From: Heptranchias perlo
Taxonomy: Eukaryota
Assembly: GCF_035084215.1 (NCBI RefSeq)
Contig: NC_090361.1
Location: 2,294,001 to 2,358,000, forward strand
Direction of reading: 5' to 3'
Length of the DNA: 64,000 nucleotides
Position 1 is the first letter of the stretch. The number at the start of each line of letters is the position of its first letter. Shown one piece after another: positions 23,917 to 35,896 of this stretch. Made by a program: the position numbers and the translations under genes. The notes under the pieces are model-generated. The model saw nothing but the letters and a program-made list of their open reading frames with translations. It was not told the DNA's origin and searched no databases.

Positions 23917-25832
23917 GTGAGTCCAACACCGATGGTGTCACAAAGCATTGCCCGCTCACTGACCCAGTCACCTCTGGGACAGGACTTTGGTTCTGCTCAC
24001 TCGACCCTTTCAAGTCGCACAGCGCTGACCGTATGGAATCTCACTTTACGTGTCAGTGAAACAGCTCCCTGGAATCAGATGAGGGAGGCCTGTATCAGAG
24101 GCAGTAACTGGATTTGGGCACAAATTAAGACACTTAAACTCAGCTCAGGAGTCTCTCCGTTTTCTGCCCGGTTGTTGTAGGCATTGGGTTCTTGTCTCTA
24201 AGACGGGAACGGCTGCTCGGTCCCAGGCCTCTGCCGATATCCAATTTGGACAGTTGCCAAGCGATGTGTGACAGTGATCTGATGATAACTCATCTCCCAT
24301 CAGATTCTGCCCATTCCCCCCCCCCCCATCCAGCCTATCCCACAGGAGGAGTTGGCAGTGATGGGGGATGGGGGATGTGGGGGAGGGGGGATGTGGGGGA
24401 GGGGGTGAAGCTGCATCCTCGCACTCGACAGCTCTGAACAACCCTTCTCCGCTTCTCAACATCACTGACCTCCAGCTCATGGGGACATCTTGTACCAGGG
24501 TTGGACTTGATTGGGATGTTTGGCCCATTTGGCACATTCTGTCTTCTTCAATGAACAATAAACAGTGCCAATATTAGCTGAACTTTAGAACGATGCGGAC
24601 ACTTAGTGCTGGTCTACATCTGTTCTTGGCCCTGGTGTTTCTGGAGAGAAAGCGACCAACTCATTTCTACTATTGCAAGCAAACCCCTTTATTGGCTAAT
24701 CCCAGAGTTTTGCCCACGGGGGATTTCTCAGCCTGCACTGTCGTGTATTTTGATTGGTGTGAGGGCATAAAGGGGGGTGGGGAGGGGGGAAACAGATGAT
24801 TTAAAAATAAACATCTTGTACAAGTTTTAATAAAATAAAAGGACCCTTCACTTTCCTGGTTCTGGGTGCAGTCAGTACCCGGGACTGTGAGGCACTCAGA
24901 TTAAGAAAGCCCAAAGTTTGACTCCGGATGTTTACTGAGTAGAACCAGAGGACAGGGGGGTAAAATTATGGAACATGCTACCATAGAAGCAGTTAGTATT
25001 GATTCATTCAAATGAGATAGAAATCTTTCAGAAAATAACATTTTGGGATCCAGTATACGAGTAATTTGAGACATGACGTGTGGTGAGTGTAACAGACTCG
25101 GGAGGTACAGGAGACTTTGGACCTCTGGTTCCCAAAGCTCTCCCCCACTGGGGGTTTTCCTCGCCTCATGTCTGGGTCTGTTGGAGACTAATTGACGGAT
25201 ATTGATTGCTCTGATTAGTCATTAACTCCATGACCATCATATCACACGACTACCAGGATGGTGGAAGGTGAACTAGATGGACCATGGTCTTTAGATTTTT
25301 GGACACTAACGGATATGAGGATAGGGCGGGTGAGTGGAGTTGAGGTTGAAGATCAGCCATGATCTTATTGAATGGTGGAGCAGGTTCGAGGGGTCGTATG
25401 GCCCCCTCCTGCTCCTATTTCTTATGTTCTTTCTCATCTAGTAATTCCTAACGTCCTCTTGTAGGTAAATGGTTTCAGTCGAGCGGTGATGAGTTACTAA
25501 ATCTGGCCTCAGTGACCCTGGGTCAGGGAGGGAATCGGCTGGGACTCCCAGTCCTGTTTGCTGTGCAGTGATCCCTTTGCTGGAAGTTCATGAGTGCTTG
25601 TGAGGCCAGGACAGGCTCTGTCCCTGTTGTGGAAATAGGCTGTTCACACTCATCAGCATGGCTCACACACGTAAATGATGGCCACTGTCACCAGGTTCCG
25701 TTATCCGGGAGTAACTGGTTTCTGTTGCACTTCCGACAAAGTTACGGAAGCTTCAAGGAAATTGGCCCCAAACCCCTTTCAGGAAAATAAAACGGTGCCT
25801 TTCCCTAAAGTCTTGCTTACCTTGGGTTGCAG

Positions 25833-25991
25833 TTCCTGGACATCGGAGAATCCTTGACGATCGTGGATGAGTTCTCGGAGACGGAGAGGCTGAGTGGGAC
25901 CTGGTGGAGGCAGTTACTGGCGGGAGCGATGGCCGGTGCAGTGTCACGAACCTGCACCGCCCCCCTCGACCGGCTCAAAATCTACATGCAG
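25833..25991 (+). CDS. SLC25A23: SCaMC exon 5
   Basis: [53 protein letters not shown] with carrier signature PLDRLK; 159 nt. Confidence 0.96.
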
Positions 25992-26316
25992 GTGAAGTGC
26001 AGTCATTGACTGTAAAGGTAACAAGAGAATGGGCAGTTCCTCTGGTGTCCCCCAGAGGGCTGTGGCCTGACCCGGCATTTTATTTGACCCCAGTTTTCTC
26101 TCCCCACCCCACCCACCCCCCCCCGGCCCCCCGGAGGGCTGAATCCCAGGGTTCAGGGTTCAGGGAGCATCAGTCAGCACCTCACCTAGTGACTGTTCCT
26201 CACTGCTGTGTGTTGCCCGACTATTTGTGTCTCAGCGTCCGTCATGATTCAATGGGCATCACTCTCGCCTCGAGTCAGAAGGTTGTGGGTTCAAGGGACA
26301 CTCCAGAGACTTGTTG

Positions 26317-26560
26317 GTGAGTGTGAGCTGGAGCTAGTGAGTGTGAGCTGGAGCGAGTGAGTGTGAGCTGGAGCTGGTGAGTGTGATCTCGAGCAGGTGA
26401 GTGTGATCCACACCTGGTGAGAGTGAGTTTGAGTTGGTGAGCTGGGGCCGGTGAGTGTGAGCTGGGGCCGGTGAGTGTGAGCTGGGGCCGGTGAGTGTGA
26501 TCCACACCTGGTGAGAGTGAGTTTGAGTTTGTGAGCTGGGGCCGGTGAGTGTGAGCTGGC
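26317..26560. repeat. Degenerate tandem repeat of about 20 bp (ggtgagtgtgagctgg...) following a SINE head (26233-26312)
   Basis: Directly visible. Confidence 0.85.
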
Positions 26561-26748
26561 TCCTTGACTTTCTCCCTGACCTGGCCCTGTGACTCTGCAG
26601 GTGGGATGGGGAATGCACCGTCAGGCTAACCCTGGCATGAACTCACATCCTCCACCACATTCGAACCACTCCCTCCAGAATGAGAAAATGTTTTCATCGA
26701 ATGCACAGGAGGCCTCGGTGAACATTGGTCCCTTACTCTCTCCTCCAG

Positions 26749-26898
26749 GTCTTTGCGCACAAGCACAAGTTAAACCTGTACGGGGTGTGGATGATGATGG
26801 TGCGAGAAGGAGGTTATTTGTCGCTGTGGCGGGGCAATGGGATGAATGTCCTGAAAATCACTCCAGAGACCGGCATCAAGTTTATGGCTTACGAACAG
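26749..26898 (+). CDS. SLC25A23: SCaMC exon 6
   Basis: [50 protein letters not shown]; ccag|GTC, CAG|gtacca; 150 nt. Confidence 0.95.
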
Positions 26899-27570
26899 GT
26901 ACCAGCTTCAAGGGGGAGGGGGAGAGGAGGGAGAGATGGGGAAAGGGGAGGAGAGGGGCACGCTGAGTGATTTCTCCTCAAGGCGACCCTTGATTTTCAT
27001 ATAAATGTATTCCAAAATATTGTAAACAAAGGTGATCGTTCATTTAGGGAGATGCTGTGCGCGTAGCAGTGTAATTTAAGGTGTCAGCTATGGCCCAGGG
27101 TTAAAGTCCCGCTCCAGAGACTTGAGCACAAAATCCAGGCTGACACTCCCAGTGCAGTGCATAGAATTTCACAGCACAGAAACAGGCCATTCGGCCCAAC
27201 AGGACTATGTCGGCGTTTATGCTCCACACGAGCCTCCTCCCACCTTACTTTCTCCCACATGTGTTTATCCAGCTTCCCCTTAAATGCATCTATGCTATTC
27301 GCCTCGACTACTCCTTGTGGTACTGAGGGAGTGGTCCTTTTACAGCTTCACGGTGACTTTTACTGATACAGCTTTTTATTTCCAGATTTTTAAAAACTGG
27401 ATTCAAATTCTCAAACTGCCGCGGTGGGATTTGAACTCACGATTTCTGAGTTACGAGTCCAGTGACAAAACCCACTACACGACGGAAGCCCCTACAGCAG
27501 ACCCTAAGAGTTATATGTGGAGCTCACTCTCTCGAGACTGGAACACAGTGAAGTGCCTGTAATCGCTCCC

Positions 27571-27667
27571 TGTCCCTCGTTGTCGCAGTGTCCCTCGTTG
27601 TCGCAGTGTCCCTCGTTGTCGCAGTGTCCCTCGTTGTCGCAGTGTCCCTCGTTGTCGCAGTGTCCCT
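27571..27667. repeat. 18-bp tandem repeat tgtccctcgttgtcgcag x5
   Basis: Directly visible. Confidence 0.9.
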
Positions 27668-28883
27668 TTATTTCTGCAGGCAAGAGGTTTTCTGCATCAA
27701 AGTGGATTTGTCAGACTGTCTAAAGTTTAACTTTTACACTGATAGTAAACAACTAGCACAGAGCAGGAGGTTGGTCAGCGCCTGACAGGGAGACTGAGCA
27801 GTTGCTTCTGGACTTCCCGTCCATTGCATTCGCCCATCTTTCTGCTTCAGCCTCGAGCTGACCAGCTGGACATTTCCAGCCACCTTTGTTTAATTTCTCA
27901 TTTCCAGCATTCCCGGCTTTGCTTCCCATCTCTGCTATTCCGTGTGGGAATTCCCACCCCCTGACCTGTGTCACAGATTGGGGGGGGGGGGGGGGCGCGG
28001 GCTTGCGTCCCCCTCGGTGTTGTCACGTTGCGAAGAGTCACGCTGAAGGTTGTCTGATGCCGACAGCAAATTAAAAGTGTAAATCACGGGGAGGTGGAGC
28101 GGGATTAGGGGGCGATTGTCGGTCTTCCTCCCTCTTCCGTCCCCTCTTCTGAAGGTGGTGACTCTCGTTGGGTTCATTTCACATCTGCCAACAACCCCTC
28201 CCTTGGTTCAGCTTTCACCTGTGGGCCGACAGAAAGGCTGCTGGTGGGCTATTTGACCATGATGGGAGAACATTGGCTGCCCAGCCCGAACCTCTCCTCA
28301 CACAGCATGTCCACTATCCAGGGATGGTCAATGAACCCCAATTAGTAGCAGGAATCCTGATTCATCTTTTTCCTCCATCCTTAGGAAACTGAGGCCAATG
28401 TTAGTGCTCCCGTTGCTACCTGTGCAGGCCAACTAACCCAGCACAGGGCAGTGATTGAACCGGAGAACTTTCCGCTCTGCTTGCCCACACCTGGGCAGTG
28501 CCACAGGGAGCTGCCCCATGCATCCTGTCCCCTGTATTACTGGGCCCAGCTCGGAAGCCAGGATGTCGTGGTGATTACAGTTTTACAGAGGTGTATGTCA
28601 ATGAGTGATTGCTCCCGATCAGTTCTGCTAATCACATCATCAGTATGCAGAGTTTAAACAAGTTACGTTTCAATCAATAATACAGCACAGAAGGAGGCCA
28701 TTCGGCCCATCATGCCAGTGCCGGCTCTTTGAAAGAGCTATCCAATTAGTCCCACTCCACCTGCTCTTTCCCCACAGCCCTGCAAATTTTTCCTTTTCAA
28801 GTATATATCCAATGATTAAATTTGTTATTAAAAGACACTGTGATATTCTGTTGCTAAGTCTTTGTTTTTAAAATTTTGAACAG

Positions 28884-28991
28884 TATAAAAAGATCTTTCT
28901 GGACACCCACAGCACACTCGAAATGCACGAGCGGTTTGTCGCAGGGTCCCTTGCTGGTGTCACAAGTCAGACCCTAATCTATCCAATGGAG
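28884..28991 (+). CDS. SLC25A23: SCaMC exon 7 (not in the ORF track)
   Basis: aacag|TAT; [36 protein letters not shown]; GAG|gtaagc; 108 nt. Confidence 0.95.
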
Positions 28992-29702
28992 GTAAGCAGT
29001 TCGTACGGTGCCTGATGGATCTTACACAGCCTCCTGTGTCTCCATCACTCACTCCTGGTGCAGCATTAACCTGACAGAGAGACACCATATTGCACATTAC
29101 CAGCAGCGCTGTAGTTGACCACATAGGAACAGGAGTTGGCCATTCAGCCCCTCGAGCCTGTTCCGCGATTCAATCAGATCATGGCTGATTTGTACCTCTA
29201 CTGAAATGAATAGTTGGTAAAAGTGTTGTTTTTTTTAGACACTGAACCAAAACAGAACTAAATTTCTTCTGAAAACTAAAACTAAAGCAAGATTAAAAAT
29301 TCAAGATAAAGAGATGGGGCTAAAATTAAAACTACAGCTCGTTCTTCCAATGGCAATGCCTATGGGGAGTTAAGACCAAGTGAGTTTTGAGGTGAAGTGG
29401 GGTTAGTGCGCAGGGGATAATTGGACCAGGACATGCAGATGTTAATCTGTCTGCATTTTGAAATCATACATTGTGTCCTTATATTTAAATTTCCATTATA
29501 AATTCCTATGTGCACATTGAAAATGGGAACTGCCTATGTAAACGTGTCATGCTACAGTTACACCCTCTCACCAGTGGTAGCGCTGCAACAATTCCACTGG
29601 GGGAGGGTGTAATTACAGTGTGACGAGTTTACATGGCAGTTCCCATTATGAATGTGGACCGCAGGAAATTATAATGGAAAAGGTTAGGCTGACACTCCAG
29701 TG

Positions 29703-30095
29703 CAGTACCGAGGGAGTGCTGCACTGTCGGAGGGTCAGTACCGAGGGAGTGCTGCACTGTCGGAGGGTCAGTACCGAGGGAGCGCTGCACTGTCGGAGGG
29801 TCAGTACCGAGGGAGCGCTGCACTGTCGGCGGGTCAGTACCGAGGGAGCGCTGCACTGTCGGCGGGTCAGTACCGAGGGAGCGCTGCACTGTCGGCGGGT
29901 CAGTACCGAGGGAGCGCTGCACTGTCGGAGGGTCAGTACCGAGGGAGCGCTGCACTGTCGGAGGGTCAGTACCGAGGGAGTGCTGCACTGTCGGAGGGTC
30001 AGTACCGAGGGAGTGCTGCACTGTCGGAGGGTCAGTACCGAGGGAGCGCTGCACTGTCGGCGGGTCAGTACCGAGGGAGTGCTGCACTGTCGGCG
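29703..30095. repeat. 33-bp minisatellite born from the SINE body (cagtaccgagggagtgctgcactgtcggagggt, about 12 copies)
   Basis: The unit matches a segment present once in other SINE copies, e.g. 37599-37630. Confidence 0.92.
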
Positions 30096-30265
30096 GTGCA
30101 ATCTTTCAGATGAGATGTTAAACCGAGGCCCTATCTGCCTTCTCAGGTGGATGTCAAAGATCCCATGGCACTATTTGAAGAAGAGCAGGGGAGTTCTCCT
30201 GGGTGTCCTGGCCAATATTTATCCCTCAACCAACATCACTTAAAAAACAGATTATCTGATCATTT

Positions 30266-30506
30266 ATTGTAAACAATTTTACAACACCAAGTTATAGTCC
30301 AGCAATTTTATTTTAAATTCACAAGCTTTCGGAGGCTACCTCCTTCCTCAGGTGAACGATGTGGAAAAATTTCCACATCGTTCACCTGAGGAAGGAGGTA
30401 GCCTCCGAAAGCTTGTGAATTTAAAATAAAATTGCTGGACTATAACTTGGTGTTGTAAAATTGTTTACAATTGTCAACCCCAGTCCATCACCGGCATCTC
30501 CACATC
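30266..30506. mobile_element. Penelope-like element remnant: inverted pseudo-LTR pair (perfect 102-bp arms) with 12-bp TSD
   Basis: Arms 30266-30367 and 30370-30471 are exact reverse complements; TSD ctgatcatttat at 30256-30267 and 30507-30518; contains a hammerhead core. Confidence 0.8.
30381..30419 (+). ncRNA. Minimal type-I hammerhead ribozyme motif (mirror copy on minus strand at 30318-30356)
   Basis: UUCAC-CUGAGGA-A-GGAGG(UAG)CCUCC-GAAA-GC-UU-GUGAA: helix I UUCAC/GUGAA, CUGANGA and GAAA boxes, helix II, self-complementary AAGCUU in place of helix III. Confidence 0.65.
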
Positions 30507-30638
30507 CTGATCATTTATCTCATTGCTGTTTGTGGGATCTTGCTGTGCGAAAATTGGCTGCCGTGTTTCCGACATTACAACATTGACTACACTTCAAAAA
30601 GTACTTTGTTTGCTGTGAAGTGCTTTGGGAGGTCCTGA

Positions 30639-32374
30639 GAACATAAGAACATAAGAAATAGGAGCAGGAGTAGGCCAATCGGCCCCTCGAGCCTGCTCCG
30701 CCATTCATAAGATCATGGCTGATCTGATCCTAACCTCAAATCTAAATTCATGTCCAATTTCCTGCCCGCTCCCCGTAACCCCTAATTCCCTTTACTTCTA
30801 GGAAACTGTCTATTTCTGTTTTAAATTTATTTAATGATGAAGCTTCCACAGCTTCCTGGGGCAGCAAATTCCACAGACCTACTACCCTCTGAGTGAAGAA
30901 GTTTCTCCTCATCTCAGTTTTGAAAGAGCAGCCCCTTATTCTAAGATTATGCCCCCTAATTCTAGTTTCACCCATCCTTGGGAACATCCTTACCGCATCC
31001 ACCCGATCAAGCCCCTTCACAATCTTATATGTTTCAATAAGATCGCCTCTCATTCTTCTGAACTCCAATGAGTAGAGTCCCAATCTACTCAACCTCTCCT
31101 CATATGTCCACCCCCTCATCCCCGGGATTAACCGAGTGAACCTTCTTTGTACTGCCTCGAGAGCAAGTATGTCTTTTCTTAAGTATGGACACCAAAACTG
31201 TATGCAGTATTCCAGGTGCGGTCTCACCAATACCTTATATAACTGCAGCAATACCTCCCTGTTTTTATATTCTATCCCCCGAGCAATAAAAGCCAACATT
31301 CCGTTGGAATTCTTGATCACCTGCTGCACCTGCAAACTAACTTTTTGATTTTCTTGCACTATGACCCCCAGATCCCTTTGTACTGCAGTACTTTCCAGTT
31401 GCTCGCCATTAAGATAATAACTTGCTCTCTGATTTTTCCTGCCAAAGTGCATAACCTCACATTTTCCAATATTGTATTGCATCTGCCAAATCTCCGCCCA
31501 CTCACCCAGCCTGTCTATATCCCCTTGTAGGTTTTTTTATGTCCTCCTCACTCTCTACTTTCCCTCCCATCTTTGTATCATCTGCAAACTTTGATATGTT
31601 ACACTCGGTCCCCTCCTCCAAATCGTTAATATAGATTGTAAAGAGTTGGGGACCCAGCACCGACCCCTGCGGAACACCACTGGCTACAGGTTGCCAGTCC
31701 GAGAATGTACCATTTATCCCAACTCTCTGCTTCCTGTTAGATAACCAATCCTCCACCCATGCCAGAATATTACCCCCAATCCAGTGATTCTTTATCTTGA
31801 GCAATAATCTTTTATGTGGCACCTTGTCGAATGCCTTCTGGCAGTCCAAATACACTACGTCCACTGGTTCCCCTTTATCCACCCTGTACGTTATATCCTC
31901 AAAGAACTCAAGCAAATTTGTCAGACATGACTTCCCCTTTGTAAAGCCATGCTGACTTTGTCCTATTAAATTATGTTTATCCAAATGTTCTGCTACTGTC
32001 TCCTTAATAATAGACTCCAAAATTTTACCCACCACAGATGTTAAGCTAACTGGTCTATAATTTCCAGCCTTCTGCCTGCTACCCTTTTTAAATAAGGGTG
32101 TTACATTGGCAGTTTTCCAATCTGCCGGGACCTTTGCCGAGTCCAGAGAATTTTGGAAAATTATTACCAAAGCATCCACAATCCCTACTGCCACTTCCCT
32201 CAAGACCCTAGGATGTAAGCCATCAGGTCCAGGGGATTTATCCGCCTCGAGTCCCATTAATTTACTGAGTACCAATTCCTTAGTGATTTTAATCGTATTT
32301 AGCTCCTCCCCCACTAGAGCCCCCTGTTTGTCCAGTGTTGGGATATTCTTAGTGTCCTCTACCGTAAAGACTGA
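30639..32374 (-). mobile_element. Young 5'-truncated CR1 LINE, RT domain with one frameshift near 31530
   Basis: ORFs 31502-32641 ([30 protein letters not shown]) and 30748-31482; (ttcttatg)n tail. Confidence 0.95.
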
Positions 32375-32537
32375 AAAGGTCGTGAAAGGTGCTATAGAAA
32401 TGCAAGTCTTTCCTTCTTTCTTGATCTCATGTCTGTTATTCATTCCAAGATTCCCTCCAACCCTGAATGTCCTGTTATCGCCACACACTGAGAAACCCCA
32501 CGTTCTCACTGGATACCCTTGCTTGTTTACATGGAAG

Positions 32538-32798
32538 TACATAGAATGTACAGCACAGAAACAGGCCATTCGGCCCAACAGGTCAATGCTGGTGTTTATG
32601 CTCCACGACAGCCTCCTCCCACCCCTCTTAATCTCACCCAATAAACATATCCTTCTATTCCTTTCTCCCTCATGTGTTTATCCAGCTTCCCCTTAAATGC
32701 ATCTCTGCTATTCACCTCAACCACTCCTTGTGGGAGCGAGTTCCACATTCTCACCACTCCCTGGGTAAAGATGTTTCTCCTGAATTCCCTATTGGATT
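32538..32798 (-). mobile_element. CR1 3' fragment abutting the exon-8 acceptor
   Basis: Aligns by eye with 925-1180 up to ...gaattccctattggatt. Confidence 0.85.
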
Positions 32799-32808
32799 AT
32801 TTGTTTAG

Positions 32809-32976
32809 ATACTGAAGACCAGGCTGGGCCTGGGAAAGAGCGGCCAGTACATGGGGATCTTTGACTGCGTTCAGAATATGCTCAAGAAGGAAGGCCTGCG
32901 CTCCTTTTTCAAAGGGTATCTCCCAAACATTATCGGCATCATTCCTTACGCTGGCATCGACCTTGCCGTCTATGAA
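32809..32976 (+). CDS. SLC25A23: SCaMC exon 8
   Basis: tttag|ATA; [56 protein letters not shown]; GAA|gtaagt; 168 nt. Confidence 0.95.
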
Positions 32977-33505
32977 GTAAGTCTCAAAAAGAAATACTGT
33001 GATTTTTATGAGATTTCCTTGAGTGACCCATGATCACAAGTGTGAGATCTTCCTCCGATTACTGAGTATATTTGATGCTCGGTGAACACACTTACACTGC
33101 AGAGATTTTATCCAAGGACGATTGTTGGGAATGTTAGCAGACGAACACTAACTGAAGCCCGGATAACATTCCTTTCACACTGTTTCAGCAGAGACATTAA
33201 CCCCTTTAAAATGGACGGGCTGATGCCTGTGCAGACCAAGGGATGTAATGGAGCCTCTCTGCAAGTTAATTGGCTAATATCACGCAGTATCTTTCCGGGT
33301 TGCAGGGATTAGTTGAAGAGCCATTTCCCTGCCGTGATTTGGGGTAAAGTGCGGATGGTTGGACTCAGGTTAGTGGGAAGAGGATCAAATCACAGGACCT
33401 CATCTCTCCCCCCACCTTCCACAAAGACTAGACAAATAATTTTATGTCATGGAGTTTGCTTTATTCAGAAATGATAAACCAGTGGTTCTGATTTGTGGAG
33501 AATTA

Positions 33506-34055
33506 GAACATAAGAAATAGGAGCAGGAGGAGGCCATTCAGCCCCTCGAAACTGCTCCACTATTCAATCAGATCATGGCTGATCTTCGACCTCAACTCCA
33601 CTTTCCTGCCCCATCCCCATATCCCTTGATTCCCCTAGAATCCAAAAATCTATCCATCTCAGCCTTGAATATACTCAACGACTCAGCGTCCACAGCCCTC
33701 TGGGGTAGAGAATTCCAAAGATTCACAACCCTCTGAGTGAAGAAATTCCTCCTCATCTCAGTCTTGAATGGCCGACCCCTTATCCTGAGACTATGTCCCC
33801 TAGTTCTAGACTCTCCAGCCAGGGGAAACAACCTCTCAGCATCTACCCTGTCAAGCCCCCTCAGAATCTTATATGTTTCAATGAGATCACCTCTCATTCT
33901 TCTAAACTCCAGAGAATTTAGGCCCATTCTACTCAATCTCTCCGCACCCTCTCATCCCAGGAATGAATCTAGTGAACCTTTGTTGCACCACCTCTTCTTT
34001 AGATAAGGAGACCAAAACTGTGCACAATACTCCAGATATGGTCTCACCAAAGCTC
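33506..34055 (-). mobile_element. CR1 3' fragment
   Basis: ORF 33592-33936 is the CR1 ORF2 C-terminus; tail present. Confidence 0.9.
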
Positions 34056-35157
34056 TGGACTGGCAGTTCCCACGTGCATTAAAGACAAGGTCACTGAGTT
34101 GTTGTTTCGATGGAGAAACAGATGGATATATGGAATATGATGGCTGAAAATACTGGTAAAAGTCCTGGAATCCCATTAATGAGATCACAGGTAGACTTTA
34201 TTCACTCACTGTCATCAGAGGCCGTCTCAGAAGGCAGGTATCCAACCTCAGCTATCACAGGCCGGTGTCCAGAGAAGGTCAATTGCTTCTGAAGCAAGTT
34301 GGGGGGATTAATTGGAGAGTCCCAATTTCTCCTGTGTGATTCCTGGCGGCTGGTTACAGAGTTCCCCACCCAGGAACCAGCTGCGGCCCACTCTCCCCAA
34401 CCAGGGGCTGGGAGACTCAGAAAAAAGGGAAAAGATAAAATAACAAAACCCAGCTCCAGTCTTGTCTGGTGGCTCTGGGAATGATGGTTATACAGTTTAA
34501 TTGTGTCCTGTTTTGTTCAACGATCCCAACTGAGGTGGGGTGGTATAATATAATCAGCCTCAGTGCCCCTGAGCTAGGGAGGGGGAAACATCATTGAGGA
34601 TTCACGCTCCTGATCACTATCCATTCACACTGGCTGAGTGTGTCTGTCTGTGAACGTGTCTGTGAGTGTGTGTGTTTTGTGAGTGTGTGCGAGTGTGAAT
34701 TTTGTATGTTGGGGGAACATTGGATCAGACCTGATTGTGATGCCTCCTGTGGTTGAATACCCCATAACATTCCCTGCCTTTACTGTTGTTCCATATATTC
34801 GTAATGTGACACACTTGATTCATCACCTCAAATTGCTTTCACCATTATGAGTGATGGACTTCTGGGGACCAGCTCAAAATGCACAACGCAAGTTTGGAAC
34901 GGCGACATTTGTCCTGTCCCATTGGGTGTTTCCCAGTGAGCAAACCCATCACTCTTTCACATTCCCGCCTTTATGGCTTTTCTGAAATCCTACTGCCGAC
35001 ACTGTGGGTTGGACACGATGTAATGTGCACCATGTGACGTGGATGAGATGACCGGGAGCCGCTGCCTTCTCCTGGTAATCTCGAATTTCAGATCCTTCCC
35101 AGTCGCTCCCCTGTGCAGTGCTTCCTATTCATGCATTTTTCTTTCATTCAATGTCAG

Positions 35158-35308
35158 ACTGTGAAGAATCGTTATTTACAAAGATATGGGCGGAACAGTG
35201 CCGACCCGGGGGTCTTTGTCCTTCTCGGCTGTGGCACCATCTCCAGTACCTGCGGTCAACTGGCAAGTTACCCACTGGCACTCGTGCGGACCAGGATGCA
35301 GGCACAAG
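35158..35308 (+). CDS. SLC25A23: SCaMC exon 9
   Basis: [50 protein letters not shown]; G|gtgaaa; 151 nt. Confidence 0.96.
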
Positions 35309-35606
35309 GTGAAAGCGCAGGATCCCCCCCTTTGATTCAGGCAGCATTTCCTTTGTGCGCCGTCCGTGGCATCGAGATCACACCCTGTTAGGGATGATGT
35401 AGGACACTCGGGGATAGCAGCTTGGGTTTGTCAGCTCCCTCGACACAGTGACTTACTGACCTGAGGATCGCTGCTGACATGAGCTGCCCGGCAGAGGCCA
35501 AGAGTTACGATACAGGGAGCGAGGAGAGAAAATCAATAAGGCAGAGGATTGTTCCAGGCTCCACATGCACCCCCCAGGGGCCCATTGCAGAGGGGAACTG
35601 GCAAAC

Positions 35607-35730
35607 TGGCAGCGCCCTGGGAGCGGGTGCCGGCAGTGCCCTGGGAGCGGGTGCCGGCAGTGCCCTGGGAGCGGGTGCCGGCAGTGCCCTGCGAGTGTCC
35701 TGGGAGCAGGTACTGGCAGTGTCCTGGAGC
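35607..35730. repeat. 24-bp tandem repeat (ggcagtgccctgggagcgggtgcc), about 5 copies
   Basis: Directly visible. Confidence 0.85.
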
Positions 35731-35896
35731 AGATGGCACTGCATGCACCATAATACACTGTGAGAATCACTTACTGCACTGAGTTATTCTTCGCCTCCTT
35801 GCTTGGGTGGGTGACAAACTGAGGCCTGGCAGGAGGGCGGGATAATGGGGGCAAATAAAAACCTCACCTTCAGGTCTGTATCTTTTCTTTTTCCAG

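Larger units (their letters stand above)
29685..30638 (+). mobile_element. Deu-type SINE carrying an internal 33-bp tandem expansion and a Penelope-type insert; tail resumes at about 32371-32415
   Basis: SINE body sequence is continuous across the insertions. Confidence 0.85.

Noticed and set aside
29620-30243. Repetitive 207-aa ORF / CRISPR-like array
   Set aside because: Tandem amplification of a SINE segment with no spacers
3424-35730. Many minisatellite unit lengths are multiples of 3 (30, 33, 36, 39, 18, 33, 24)
   Set aside because: All are non-exonic, the sample is small, and detection is biased by the ORF track; no evidence of translation
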